Below are positions 1 through 8,412 of a DNA stretch of 55,493 bases, piece after piece. The position numbers and the translations under genes are program-made. The notes under the pieces are model-generated. The model was not told the DNA's origin. It saw nothing but the letters and a program-made list of their open reading frames with translations, and searched no databases. The stretch's first letter is position 1; each line of letters opens with the position of its first letter. The stretch is taken from contig JAFWAK010000091.1 of assembly GCA_017507715.1 (NCBI GenBank), positions 1-55,493 on the forward strand, given 5' to 3'. The stretch comes from Paludibacteraceae bacterium. Lineage in GTDB: Bacteria > Bacteroidota > Bacteroidia > Bacteroidales > Paludibacteraceae.

Positions 1-238
1 AGTAGATTTTCACATCTGCCCGGTAGTCTTTATCTACAAAATACCACTTACCCTCATTACCTTTGGCCTGATAGTCATGGTCTTCCACGTACACCAATAA
101 ATCCGCCTGATACTCATGATCCACTACATAGACCTTCACATCTGCCTGATATTCTTTCTCGGTCGAATAGACCTTCTGCGCGTACATACCTGCTGAGGCT
201 GCCAGCGCCGCAACTAAAACCAGTAAAAATCGTTTCAT
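1..238 (-). CDS. Small secreted repeat protein (DUF6150-like); C-terminus cut by the window edge
   Basis: Hand translation of the minus strand from ATG (cat 236-238): MKRFLLVLVAALAASAGMYAQKVYSTEKEYQADVKVYVVDHEYQADLLVYVEDHDYQAKGNEGKWYFVDKDYRADVKIY... It has a signal peptide and 4 copies of a Y-[QR]-A-[DK]..[VI]Y-type motif. It is not in the ORF track because it runs off the window. Track ORF 114..326 is in another frame. Confidence 0.6.
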   Translation of the reverse strand, partial: MKRFLLVLVAALAASAGMYAQKVYSTEKEYQADVKVYVVDHEYQADLLVYVEDHDYQAKGNEGKWYFVDKDYRADVKIY

Positions 239-304
239 AGCGCTTCCTTTTTCCCTTTCTTACACAATAATTATGCCAAATATTCATAAAAATCAAGCAG
301 ATAT

Positions 305-335
305 TTGCATATATGAAAAAAAACAACTATTTTTG
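305..335 (+). promoter_or_regulatory. Bacteroidota-type promoter (-33 TTG, -7 TATTTTTG) for the GAF-domain gene
   Basis: TTGCATATATGAAAAAAAACAACTATTTTTGCAC. It shares the TTGCATATATGAAAAA...TAnnTTTG architecture seen upstream of mreB, iorA and nfeD in this window. Confidence 0.45.
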
Positions 336-357
336 CACTCGAAATCAGGGAGAAGAA

Positions 358-402
358 CTAGACCATAACTAGACCATAACTATATGATATCTAGACCATA
401 AC
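358..402. repeat. Three copies of CTAGACCATAAC (two tandem, one after a 10-nt spacer) in a 5' leader
   Basis: Read directly: ctagaccataaCTAGACCATAACtatatgatatCTAGACCATAAC. Confidence 0.8.
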
Positions 403-429
403 TGTCTGGGACCACCTCTGAAGAAGCAT

Positions 430-474
430 TTTTAAAAGTCTTTTAAAAGTATATATATACATAGTATATATATA
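430..474. repeat. TTTTAAAAGT x2 (11-nt period) followed by a 25-bp (TA)n palindrome, TATATATATAC-ATA-GTATATATATA
   Basis: Read directly at 430-450 and 450-474. Confidence 0.8.
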
Positions 475-506
475 GAATTAGTTAATAGAAACTGCAAAAA
501 TAAACT

Positions 507-1424
507 ATGTCAAAAGTAAGTTACAACAACGCCATCATCAGAAATAGCGGAGCTGTAGACTCCCGTAAGGATGGGCAGGCCAAACGTGAGCGCCTCATTT
601 CTCGGTATAGAAATGGAAAGGCACACCAATATCCCATGAAGATGCATGAAGGACCTTGGGCGGAAGGAGCCACTGCAAACCGCGAACTCATGAAGTCCGC
701 GCAGCGTGAAGCGCACGCTATCGAGAATGCAGCCAAGTATCCGGAACAGGCATCAGCCGAAATGCTTGTCAAAGCTTCTATGTGGCAACAACGCTTCGCC
801 GAATATAAGTCCACCAAGAAGCGCAGCGACAAGCAATATGCAACCCTCTACACCTATACCTATTCTCATCTCTACCGCGAACTCAAAGCAGGCCGCGTTT
901 TGGAGAATATGGCGGAACTCAAAGCGCACAAAAAAGCCCAGTACCAATCCCTCATCCCGCAGATTCAGTCCCTCGTTTCCGGCGAGACGGACATCATCGC
1001 TAATATGGCAAACATCGTCGCTGCCCTGCACAACACCTTCCATTTCTGGTGGACCGGCTTCTACCTGGTCAAAGAGAAAGATCAATCACCAATCACCAAT
1101 GACCAATCACCAATAACCAATAACCAATCACCAATGACAAGCGAGCTGGTCCTCGGTCCTTTCCAAGGACCTATAGCCTGTACCCGTATCCCCTACGGAA
1201 AAGGTGTCTGTGGCACGGCTTGGCAGCAGAACAAAACACTTATCGTGCCGAATGTCCATGAGTTTCCCGGACATATAGCATGTTCCTCTGCGTCAAAAAG
1301 CGAGATAGTGGTGCCCATCCGCCATAACGGAGAAGTCATTGCCGTACTCGATATCGACAGCGCAGACTACAATACTTTCGATCGCATCGACCAAACATAT
1401 TTGGAGCAAATCAAACTTTTCTAA
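507..1424 (+). CDS. GAF-domain protein like free methionine-(R)-sulfoxide reductase (MsrC/YebR), with a ~134-aa N-terminal extension
   Basis: The C-terminal ~170 aa align to my memory of E. coli YebR (GFYL...LVLGPFQG.IAC.RIP.G.GVCGTA...F.GHIAC...S.SEIV.P......IGVLDIDS). The MsrC-only alternative start is ATG 909. The promoter at ~305-335 favours 507. Confidence 0.7.
   Translation: MSKVSYNNAIIRNSGAVDSRKDGQAKRERLISRYRNGKAHQYPMKMHEGPWAEGATANRELMKSAQREAHAIENAAKYPEQASAEMLVKASMWQQRFAEYKSTKKRSDKQYATLYTYTYSHLYRELKAGRVLENMAELKAHKKAQYQSLIPQIQSLVSGETDIIANMANIVAALHNTFHFWWTGFYLVKEKDQSPITNDQSPITNNQSPMTSELVLGPFQGPIACTRIPYGKGVCGTAWQQNKTLIVPNVHEFPGHIACSSASKSEIVVPIRHNGEVIAVLDIDSADYNTFDRIDQTYLEQIKLF
1077..1139 (+). 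repeat. Tandem heptamer array, about 9 units: AATCACC / AATGACC / AATAACC
   Basis: aatcacc aatcacc aatgacc aatcacc aataacc aataacc aatcacc aatgaca. It is translated in frame as DQSPITNDQSPITNNQSPMTS inside the GAF domain. Confidence 0.9.
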
Positions 1425-1443
1425 AATACTGAATATACAAAAT

Positions 1444-2145
1444 ATGAAGAATCTATTTTACATGGTACTCCTTTGTGCCGTAGTGCTTTTAAGCGCTTGC
1501 GGACGAAAGGCGGAAGAGGCGTACGACCCTATTTATGACCGTTCGGACTTTGTGGAAGTGACGGAAGTGATACCCGACGTCATTCTGGAGATTCGCTATT
1601 ACAGCACCTATAATTTTGTAGGTGCGCGTGTGGATGGTTACGAGCGTCCGTTGGCGCTGATGACGCGTCAAGCCGCCGATTCGCTGAAGGCCGTGAGTGA
1701 CGAACTGAAAGCACACGGTTACCGCCCGAAGATATGGGATACCTACCGTCCGCAACGCGCCGTAAACCATTTCATCCGCTGGGCTGAAGATATCCAAGAC
1801 ACAGCCATGAAAGCTATCTTCTATCCGATGGTGGACAAGAGTCTGCTCTTTGAGCAGGGATATATCTATGCACGTTCCAGTCACAGCCGCGGTTCGACCG
1901 TGGACCTGACCTTAGTGGAGGAACGGACGGGAAAAGAACTCGACATGGGTTCGCCTTTCGACTGGTTCGGCGAGGAGAGCCATCCGAATTACCGCTGCCG
2001 GCTATACATGCAGTCCTGCAATCGTCTGCTGCTGCGCGATGCGATGGTGCGGCACGGTTTTGCAAGCATCGACAGTGAGTGGTGGCATTTCACACTGGTC
2101 AACGAACCTTATCCCGATACCTACTTCGATTTTCCGATAGAATAA
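1444..2145 (+). CDS. D-alanyl-D-alanine dipeptidase (peptidase M15D, VanX/DdpX family), lipoprotein
   Basis: Signal/lipobox MKNLFYMVLLCAVVLLSAC. Zn motifs SSHSRGSTVDLTL and SEWWHF. The start was trimmed from track ORF 1339 to ATG 1444, after the upstream stop. Confidence 0.8.
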   Translation: MKNLFYMVLLCAVVLLSACGRKAEEAYDPIYDRSDFVEVTEVIPDVILEIRYYSTYNFVGARVDGYERPLALMTRQAADSLKAVSDELKAHGYRPKIWDTYRPQRAVNHFIRWAEDIQDTAMKAIFYPMVDKSLLFEQGYIYARSSHSRGSTVDLTLVEERTGKELDMGSPFDWFGEESHPNYRCRLYMQSCNRLLLRDAMVRHGFASIDSEWWHFTLVNEPYPDTYFDFPIE

Positions 2146-2272
2146 GAGTTTCCGGATAGACCTATTCAAAGACCGATATTTCTCCGTTGAAATCGAGAGA
2201 AGTTATAATTTTGCGAATGAGTTAGTGCTTATTCGCATGTGTATCTTTTTTCAAAAAAAGTGTCGCGCGTGC

Positions 2273-2303
2273 TTGCATATATGAAAAATTTATAGTACCT
2301 TTG
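2273..2303 (+). promoter_or_regulatory. Bacteroidota-type promoter for the mre operon
   Basis: cTTGCATATATGAAAAATTTATAGTACCTTTG; the -7 box TAccTTTG is at 2296-2303. Confidence 0.5.
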
Positions 2304-2377
2304 TGCGGTATTTTGCGAAGTATGCCCTTTCGCGAACATCTATAAGCAGCGACAAATACATAAAATTGATATATAAA

Positions 2378-3397
2378 ATGGGACTTTTTTCTTTTACACA
2401 AGAGATTGCCATTGACTTGGGAACTGCGAACACGATCATCATGTGCGATGATAAGATCGTGGTTGACGAGCCTTCGGTGGTAGCTATCTCGATGGCGGAC
2501 AACAAGATGGTTGCCGTCGGCCGCAAGGCACAACAGATGATTGGTAAGGGTGGTACGATGATCCGTACCGTACGCCCGTTGCGCGATGGTGTGATTGCGG
2601 ATTTCTATGCATGTGAGATGATGATCCGCGGTATGATTAAGATGATTCCGAAGCAGGCTCATCTGTTCACACCGTCCATCCGCATGGTGGTTTGTATTCC
2701 TTCGGGTTCGACGGAAGTCGAGATCCGTGCCGTGCGTGACAGTTCAGAGCACGCAGGCGGTCGTGACATCTACATGATCTACGAGCCGATGGCCGCAGCA
2801 ATCGGTATCGGTCTGGACGTAGAGAGTCCGGAAGGCTGTGTGATCGTCGATATAGGTGGTGGTACGACGGAGATCGCCGTTATCTCTCTCGGCGGTATCG
2901 TCAGCAACAAATCCATCAAGATAGCCGGTGACGACTTCAACCAGGATATCATCGAATACATGGGTCGTATGCACAACCTGCGTATCGACGAACCGACGGC
3001 TGAGCGTATCAAGATCCAAGTAGGTTCGGCGCTGCCGGAACTGGAAGATGCCCCTGAGGACTTCATCGTAGTAGGCCCGAACAAAGTGACGGCACTGCCG
3101 ATGTCCGTTCCTGTAAGCTATCAGGAAATCGCGCACTGTCTGGAGAAGAGTGTGAGCAAGATCGAAGGCGCCATCCTTCAGGCCCTCGAGTCCACGCCAC
3201 CTGAGTTGTACTCGGATATCGTGAAACGCGGTATCTACCTGACCGGTGGTGGTGCATTGCTGCACGGTCTGGCACGCCGTCTGACGGACAAGATCACGAT
3301 CCAGTTCCACGTAGCGGACGATCCGTTGCACTCGGTAGCACGCGGTACAGGCGTAGCTCTGAAGAACGTCAACAACTTCGGCTTCCTGCTTCGCTAA
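2378..3397 (+). CDS. mreB: Rod shape-determining protein MreB
   Basis: MGLFSFTQEIAIDLGTANT... actin-fold motifs (VDIGGGTTE, YLTGGGALL). Followed by mreC/mreD/mrdA/rodA. Start moved to ATG 2378. Confidence 0.95.
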   Translation: MGLFSFTQEIAIDLGTANTIIMCDDKIVVDEPSVVAISMADNKMVAVGRKAQQMIGKGGTMIRTVRPLRDGVIADFYACEMMIRGMIKMIPKQAHLFTPSIRMVVCIPSGSTEVEIRAVRDSSEHAGGRDIYMIYEPMAAAIGIGLDVESPEGCVIVDIGGGTTEIAVISLGGIVSNKSIKIAGDDFNQDIIEYMGRMHNLRIDEPTAERIKIQVGSALPELEDAPEDFIVVGPNKVTALPMSVPVSYQEIAHCLEKSVSKIEGAILQALESTPPELYSDIVKRGIYLTGGGALLHGLARRLTDKITIQFHVADDPLHSVARGTGVALKNVNNFGFLLR

Positions 3398-3413
3398 TCA
3401 TCGATAGCGGACT

Positions 3414-4205
3414 ATGCAGAACTTACTTAAGATACTGCTCCGTTATAGCAACTTCCTGGTATTCATCGCCTTGGAAGTTGCTGCGTTTTTGCTCATCAGC
3501 ATGAATAACGCCTATCCGCGCAGCAGTATCCTCAGTACGGCCAATAACTTCATCGCATGGCAGCACGCGCAGATAAGCGAGATAGGCGGCTATTTCAGCC
3601 TACGCAGCCAGAACGAGCAGTTGGCGGCCGAGAATACCGCGCTGCGCAACCGGATTTGTTCGATGGATTCGGCAAAAAACAATGCTCCTATCCATTATGA
3701 GCAGGCGAAAGTGGTGCAGATGACGACGGACCAGTTGCACAACTATCTGACCATCAACCGCGGCAGCAAAGACGGTATCCAACGCGGGCAAGGCGTGCGT
3801 AACGAAGATGGCGTTGTTGGTATCGTACGGACCGTAGGACGCAACTACAGCGTCGTGCAGCCGCTTATCAACACGCTGACGAACCTCAGCTGCCGTTTCG
3901 TCAAGAATGACTATATCGGTACACTCCAGTGGGACGGCAAAGACAACCGTTTCGCGCTGCTGACCGATGTTGCGGCACATATGGTAGTGAACCCCGGTGA
4001 CACGATTGTAACGAGTGGTCTGAGTCCCGTCTTCCCGGAAGGAATTCCCGTTGGAATCGTGGAAAACAGCACTTTGCGTGAAGGCGAATCGTACTACACG
4101 ATACGCGTACGCCTCAACACCAATTTCAAGCGATTGAAATACGTGGAGGTCGTGCAAAACGCGCATCAAAACGAATTGGAGGAGTTGACAAATGGAATGG
4201 ACTAA
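3414..4205 (+). CDS. mreC: Rod shape-determining protein MreC
   Basis: Located after mreB. It has an N-terminal TM segment and the motif GDTIVTSGLSPVFPEGIPVGIV. Confidence 0.9.
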   Translation: MQNLLKILLRYSNFLVFIALEVAAFLLISMNNAYPRSSILSTANNFIAWQHAQISEIGGYFSLRSQNEQLAAENTALRNRICSMDSAKNNAPIHYEQAKVVQMTTDQLHNYLTINRGSKDGIQRGQGVRNEDGVVGIVRTVGRNYSVVQPLINTLTNLSCRFVKNDYIGTLQWDGKDNRFALLTDVAAHMVVNPGDTIVTSGLSPVFPEGIPVGIVENSTLREGESYYTIRVRLNTNFKRLKYVEVVQNAHQNELEELTNGMD

Positions 4206-4686
4206 ACAATTCGGACGATATATCATCGTAATGCTGCTACAAGTGCTGCTCTTCGACCAGTTGCAGTTATGGGGTGCATGCCATCCGTATATCTACGTGC
4301 TCTGCCTGCTGATGATGCCAATCACGCTGACACACAGCCTCTCGATGATCATCGGCGCTGTGGCAGGTCTGGTGATGGATATATTCTGTAACTCACTCGG
4401 CGTACACATGGCCGCCTGTATCCTAATCATGTTCATCCGCCCCTATCTAATAGGCGCAATCGTGAACGACAAAGACCGACTGAACGAGCAGATCAGCCTG
4501 CGTTCCATCGGCATGGAGGCGCTCATCAAATATGTGGTCATTCTGGTTCTGGTTCATCATCTGACGGTATTCAGCCTGGCCGCATGGAGTTGGAGCCACA
4601 TGGGCTTTGTGCTGCTCGAGACCTTGATAAGCAGTATCGTCACTATTCTTATCATAATCGGTTATAATGCAATGAGTTATAGATGA
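4192..4686 (+). CDS. mreD: Rod shape-determining protein MreD
   Basis: A 164-aa polytopic membrane protein between mreC and mrdA. It overlaps both neighbours. Confidence 0.8.
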   Translation: MEWTKQFGRYIIVMLLQVLLFDQLQLWGACHPYIYVLCLLMMPITLTHSLSMIIGAVAGLVMDIFCNSLGVHMAACILIMFIRPYLIGAIVNDKDRLNEQISLRSIGMEALIKYVVILVLVHHLTVFSLAAWSWSHMGFVLLETLISSIVTILIIIGYNAMSYR

Positions 4687-6521
4687 TTAACGACCAGTTT
4701 TATAGACGCCGGTATGTGATCAGTGGTATTGCCATTGGTATCGTGCTGGTGTATATAATCCGGTTGTTTTATCTGCAAGTCATTGACCAATCGACGAAAG
4801 ACCAGGCGGACAATAACGCGCTGGTCAAGCAGACCATCTACCCTTCCCGCGGACTGATATACGACCGTAACGGAGAGTTACTGGTTTTCAACCAGCCAAT
4901 CTACGAGATCACGATGACCATGCGCGACATGGACAAAGACTGGGACACTATCACTTTCTGCCAGTGCCTACAGATAACCCGTGCGGAGTTCGACGAGCGC
5001 ATTGCGGAGATCAAAGACCGCCGTAAGAACCGTGGCTATTCCCGCTGGACCCCGCAAGTTTTCATGAGTCAGCTCAAGAAAGAAGATATCGCGCCGCTAC
5101 AGGAGTTTCTATCCATGTTCCCCGGCATCCAGATACAGAAACGCACACTTCGTGACTACACCTACAAAGCCGCAGCCCATGTGCTGGGCTCCGTAGGAGA
5201 AGTGAGTCAGAGCGACATCGACCGGGACGATTATTATGCGCGCGGCGACTATTCGGGCCGTGACGGTCTCGAGCGCACATACGAAGCACAGTTACGCGGC
5301 GAGAAAGGCGTGGAGGTGCTTATGCGCGATTCACGCGGACGGATGCAAGGCAGTTATCAGGACGGCGAACTCGACCGGACCGCCAAAGCGGGAACAGACC
5401 TCTATACGACGCTGGACATCCGGTTACAGCTACTGGCGGAAGAACTGCTGAGCGGCAAGATAGGAAGTGCTGTGGCTATCGAACCCAAGACCGGTGAGAT
5501 ACTGGCTTTGGCTTCCAACCCGGGCTGGAATCCGAAAGTGCTGGTGGGCAAAGAGCGCAGCAAGAACTACGATATCTTGCTCAAAGACCCCACCAAACCG
5601 CTTTACAATCGTGCTACGCAAGCCACCTACTCACCCGGTTCAACCTTCAAGACCATTCAGGCACTGGTATGTCTGCACGAGAAAGGAATAACGCCGAACA
5701 CGGTCTATCCCTGTTCCGGACCGGGCAGTTCACCTATCAAATGTACGCACCACCACGGTTCGCCTGTGACCTTGGAAAACGCCATCGAGCAGAGCTGCAA
5801 CCCGTATTTCTGGTGTGCTTTCCGCGATGTGCTGCAGAAAGACGGTTACGGCAAGGACAATGAAGATTTCCGCAAACGCTATGAGACCTGGCGTAACGAC
5901 GTGATGTCCTTCGGTCTGGGCCAGAAATTCACAGATACCGACCTCGGCGACCAGTCGTCGGGCTCTATTCCCAGCACGCGGTTCTACGACCGCTACTACG
6001 GCAAGACCGGTTGGAAAGCCATCACGATCCGTTCGCTCAGTATCGGTCAGGGTGAGATATTAGTCACTCCGATTCAACTGGCCAATCAGGCAGCAACCAT
6101 CGCCAATGACGGCTATTATATCACGCCGCATCTGAACAAGAACGACTCGATGCTGAACCATCGGCATCAGCTGGACATAGAGCATGAGTATTTCGACATC
6201 CTCAAAGCCGGCATGCACCGCGTGATGGTCTATGGAACGGGTCGTCACTATGCGATAGACAGCCTTCATATGGCAGGCAAGACCGGTACGGTACAAAACC
6301 CGCACGGTCGCGACCATGCCATCTTCATCGGTTTTGCGCCTGTGGAAGATCCGCAGATTGCCGTTGCAGTAGTCGTTGAAAACGCAGGTTTTGGTGCCAC
6401 ATGGGCTAGTCCGGTGGCTACGATGATGATCGAGCAATACCTGACCGGCGAAGTGAAACGCAAAGATTTAAGAAAACGTATAGGAGAGAGTGTGCTGAAT
6501 GCGAGCGTCAAGAAGTGGTAA
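4683..6521 (+). CDS. mrdA: Penicillin-binding protein 2 (peptidoglycan D,D-transpeptidase MrdA)
   Basis: SxxK (GSTFKT), SxN (SCN) and KTG (GKTGT) motifs. ATGA overlap with mreD. Confidence 0.93.
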   Translation: MINDQFYRRRYVISGIAIGIVLVYIIRLFYLQVIDQSTKDQADNNALVKQTIYPSRGLIYDRNGELLVFNQPIYEITMTMRDMDKDWDTITFCQCLQITRAEFDERIAEIKDRRKNRGYSRWTPQVFMSQLKKEDIAPLQEFLSMFPGIQIQKRTLRDYTYKAAAHVLGSVGEVSQSDIDRDDYYARGDYSGRDGLERTYEAQLRGEKGVEVLMRDSRGRMQGSYQDGELDRTAKAGTDLYTTLDIRLQLLAEELLSGKIGSAVAIEPKTGEILALASNPGWNPKVLVGKERSKNYDILLKDPTKPLYNRATQATYSPGSTFKTIQALVCLHEKGITPNTVYPCSGPGSSPIKCTHHHGSPVTLENAIEQSCNPYFWCAFRDVLQKDGYGKDNEDFRKRYETWRNDVMSFGLGQKFTDTDLGDQSSGSIPSTRFYDRYYGKTGWKAITIRSLSIGQGEILVTPIQLANQAATIANDGYYITPHLNKNDSMLNHRHQLDIEHEYFDILKAGMHRVMVYGTGRHYAIDSLHMAGKTGTVQNPHGRDHAIFIGFAPVEDPQIAVAVVVENAGFGATWASPVATMMIEQYLTGEVKRKDLRKRIGESVLNASVKKW

Positions 6522-7962
6522 CATATGGCAGAACGTCGACTGGATCACCATCGGTCTATTCCTGGTGTTGGTCTTCTTCGGCTGGCTCAATATCTACGGA
6601 GCCAGTTATACCTTTGACCAGACGAGTATCTTCGATTTCTCCAACCGTGCCGGTAAGCAGTTCACCTGGATCATGGGTTCGCTTATCATGGGTATCGTGC
6701 TGCTGCTCATCGACTACAAGACCTACGATGTGCTGGCCTATATCGCCTACGGCGCGATGCTCTTGCTGCTACTCGCCACGCCGTTCTTGGCGCATGATAT
6801 CAAAGGTTCGCTATCGTGGATATCACTCGGTCCCGTCAACCTGCAGCCGGCGGAATTCGCCAAATGTGTGGTAGCTCTGGCCGTTGCCAAATACATGGGT
6901 CGCTACGAGTACAAACTACGAACTTGGCGCGATCTCATCGTACCTTTTGCACTCATCGGCGTGCCGGCACTCATCATCATGATTCTGCAGAAAGAGACAG
7001 GTTCAGCACTTGTCTTTGCCGCCTTCCTGCTCGTCTTCTACCGCCAGGGAATGAGCGGTTACGTGCTTTGGATAGGTGTGGCAGCCGTGGCGCTCTTCAT
7101 CATCAGTATCCGCTTTGGCGCAGTTCCTCTACCTTTAGGTAGCGGCAGTGTCGGTATCCTCAGTTGTATGCTGCTCTTGACGGCCGTGGAGATTTTCTTC
7201 ATCTGCAAGGAGCACCGCATGCGCTGGCAGGCACTCATCCTCGTAGGCAGCGTGGTTGCCATCTACGGCATCTGTCTGCTGCTCAGCATCTGGTTCACAA
7301 TGCCGTTCGACTGGATCTCGATGGGCGTAGTAATCGCCTTGGTGCTTTATAACGTCTTTGTCAGCCTCTATTGGCGCAAGTATATGTTGCTGTTAGTGGC
7401 TCTGTTCACGCTGTTCTGCATCGGTTATACGCACGCGTGCGATTTTGCGTTCACGCGCGTGCTTCAACCGCACCAACGCATCCGTATCGAAGTGCTGTTA
7501 GGCATGAAAGAAGACCCGGCTGGGGCAGGCTATAACGTCAATCAGGCACGTATCGCTATCGGTTCCGGACGGTTCTTGGGAAAAGGCTATCTGAATGGCA
7601 CGCAGACCAAACTGCAGTTCGTGCCGGAACAGGATACCGACTTCATCTTCTGCACCGTAGGAGAAGAATGGGGTTTTGTCGGTTCCATCGGAGTTTTACT
7701 GGTATATCTATTCTTCATCTTACGCCTGATCGAGATAGCGGAACGACAACGAAACACCACCACACAGATATATGCTTACGCCGTAGCCAGCATCTTCCTT
7801 TTCCACCTCACGATTAACGTGGGAATGGTATTAGGACTGCTGCCCGTCATCGGTATTCCGCTGCCGTTCTTCAGTTACGGAGGCAGTTCATTATGGGGCT
7901 TTACGCTACTGCTGTTTATCCTGCTGCGGCTGGATGCAGCACGTATGGAGCAATTGAGATGA
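6499..7962 (+). CDS. rodA: SEDS-family peptidoglycan polymerase RodA
   Basis: Polytopic membrane protein with FtsW/RodA motifs (FVPEQDTDFIF, LPFFSYGGSS), immediately after mrdA. Confidence 0.9.
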   Translation: MRASRSGNIWQNVDWITIGLFLVLVFFGWLNIYGASYTFDQTSIFDFSNRAGKQFTWIMGSLIMGIVLLLIDYKTYDVLAYIAYGAMLLLLLATPFLAHDIKGSLSWISLGPVNLQPAEFAKCVVALAVAKYMGRYEYKLRTWRDLIVPFALIGVPALIIMILQKETGSALVFAAFLLVFYRQGMSGYVLWIGVAAVALFIISIRFGAVPLPLGSGSVGILSCMLLLTAVEIFFICKEHRMRWQALILVGSVVAIYGICLLLSIWFTMPFDWISMGVVIALVLYNVFVSLYWRKYMLLLVALFTLFCIGYTHACDFAFTRVLQPHQRIRIEVLLGMKEDPAGAGYNVNQARIAIGSGRFLGKGYLNGTQTKLQFVPEQDTDFIFCTVGEEWGFVGSIGVLLVYLFFILRLIEIAERQRNTTTQIYAYAVASIFLFHLTINVGMVLGLLPVIGIPLPFFSYGGSSLWGFTLLLFILLRLDAARMEQLR

Positions 7963-8408
7963 CGTTTGTAACCAATCCCATAGGAATTATCGGCGAGTCC
8001 GAAGCGGCCAGAATGCTGGAGAAGAAGGGCTTCAAGGTGGTGGAACATAACTGGCGGATGGGTCATCTGGAAGTGGACCTCATCGCCGAGAGCAGGAAAG
8101 AGATTGTCTTTGCGGAAGTGAAGGCGCGTACGACCACCTTCGGTGATATCAACCCCGAGGAATATGTCGATGAAAACAAGAAAAGACGCATGATAGCGGC
8201 AGCCAACGCCTATATCAAACACCGCAAACTGGAGAAGAAACCGCGGTTTGACATCATTGGTATTGTGGTTAATCCTCTGACGAACGAGATTACCTATCGC
8301 AGTCATCTGGAGGATGCCTTTCAACCCTATCTGCGTACCATAGGTACGACCAGCCATAGCGGCGGATGGACCTGGGGGCACCGCAATAAGACGATAGGAA
8401 AGAGATAA
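7959..8408 (+). CDS. yraN: YraN-family (UPF0102) endonuclease-like protein
   Basis: GESEAARMLEKKGFKVVEHNWRMGHLEVDLIAE...IVFAEVKART. Start trimmed to ATG 7959, which overlaps the rodA stop (ATGA). Confidence 0.8.
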   Translation: MTFVTNPIGIIGESEAARMLEKKGFKVVEHNWRMGHLEVDLIAESRKEIVFAEVKARTTTFGDINPEEYVDENKKRRMIAAANAYIKHRKLEKKPRFDIIGIVVNPLTNEITYRSHLEDAFQPYLRTIGTTSHSGGWTWGHRNKTIGKR

Positions 8409-8412
8409 ATAT

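Noticed and set aside
114-326. Track ORF of 70 aa on the minus strand at the window start.
   Set aside because: It is in a different frame from the convincing signal-peptide/repeat protein that starts at 238, and it spans a promoter-like region. The real gene is the partial ORF at 1..238.
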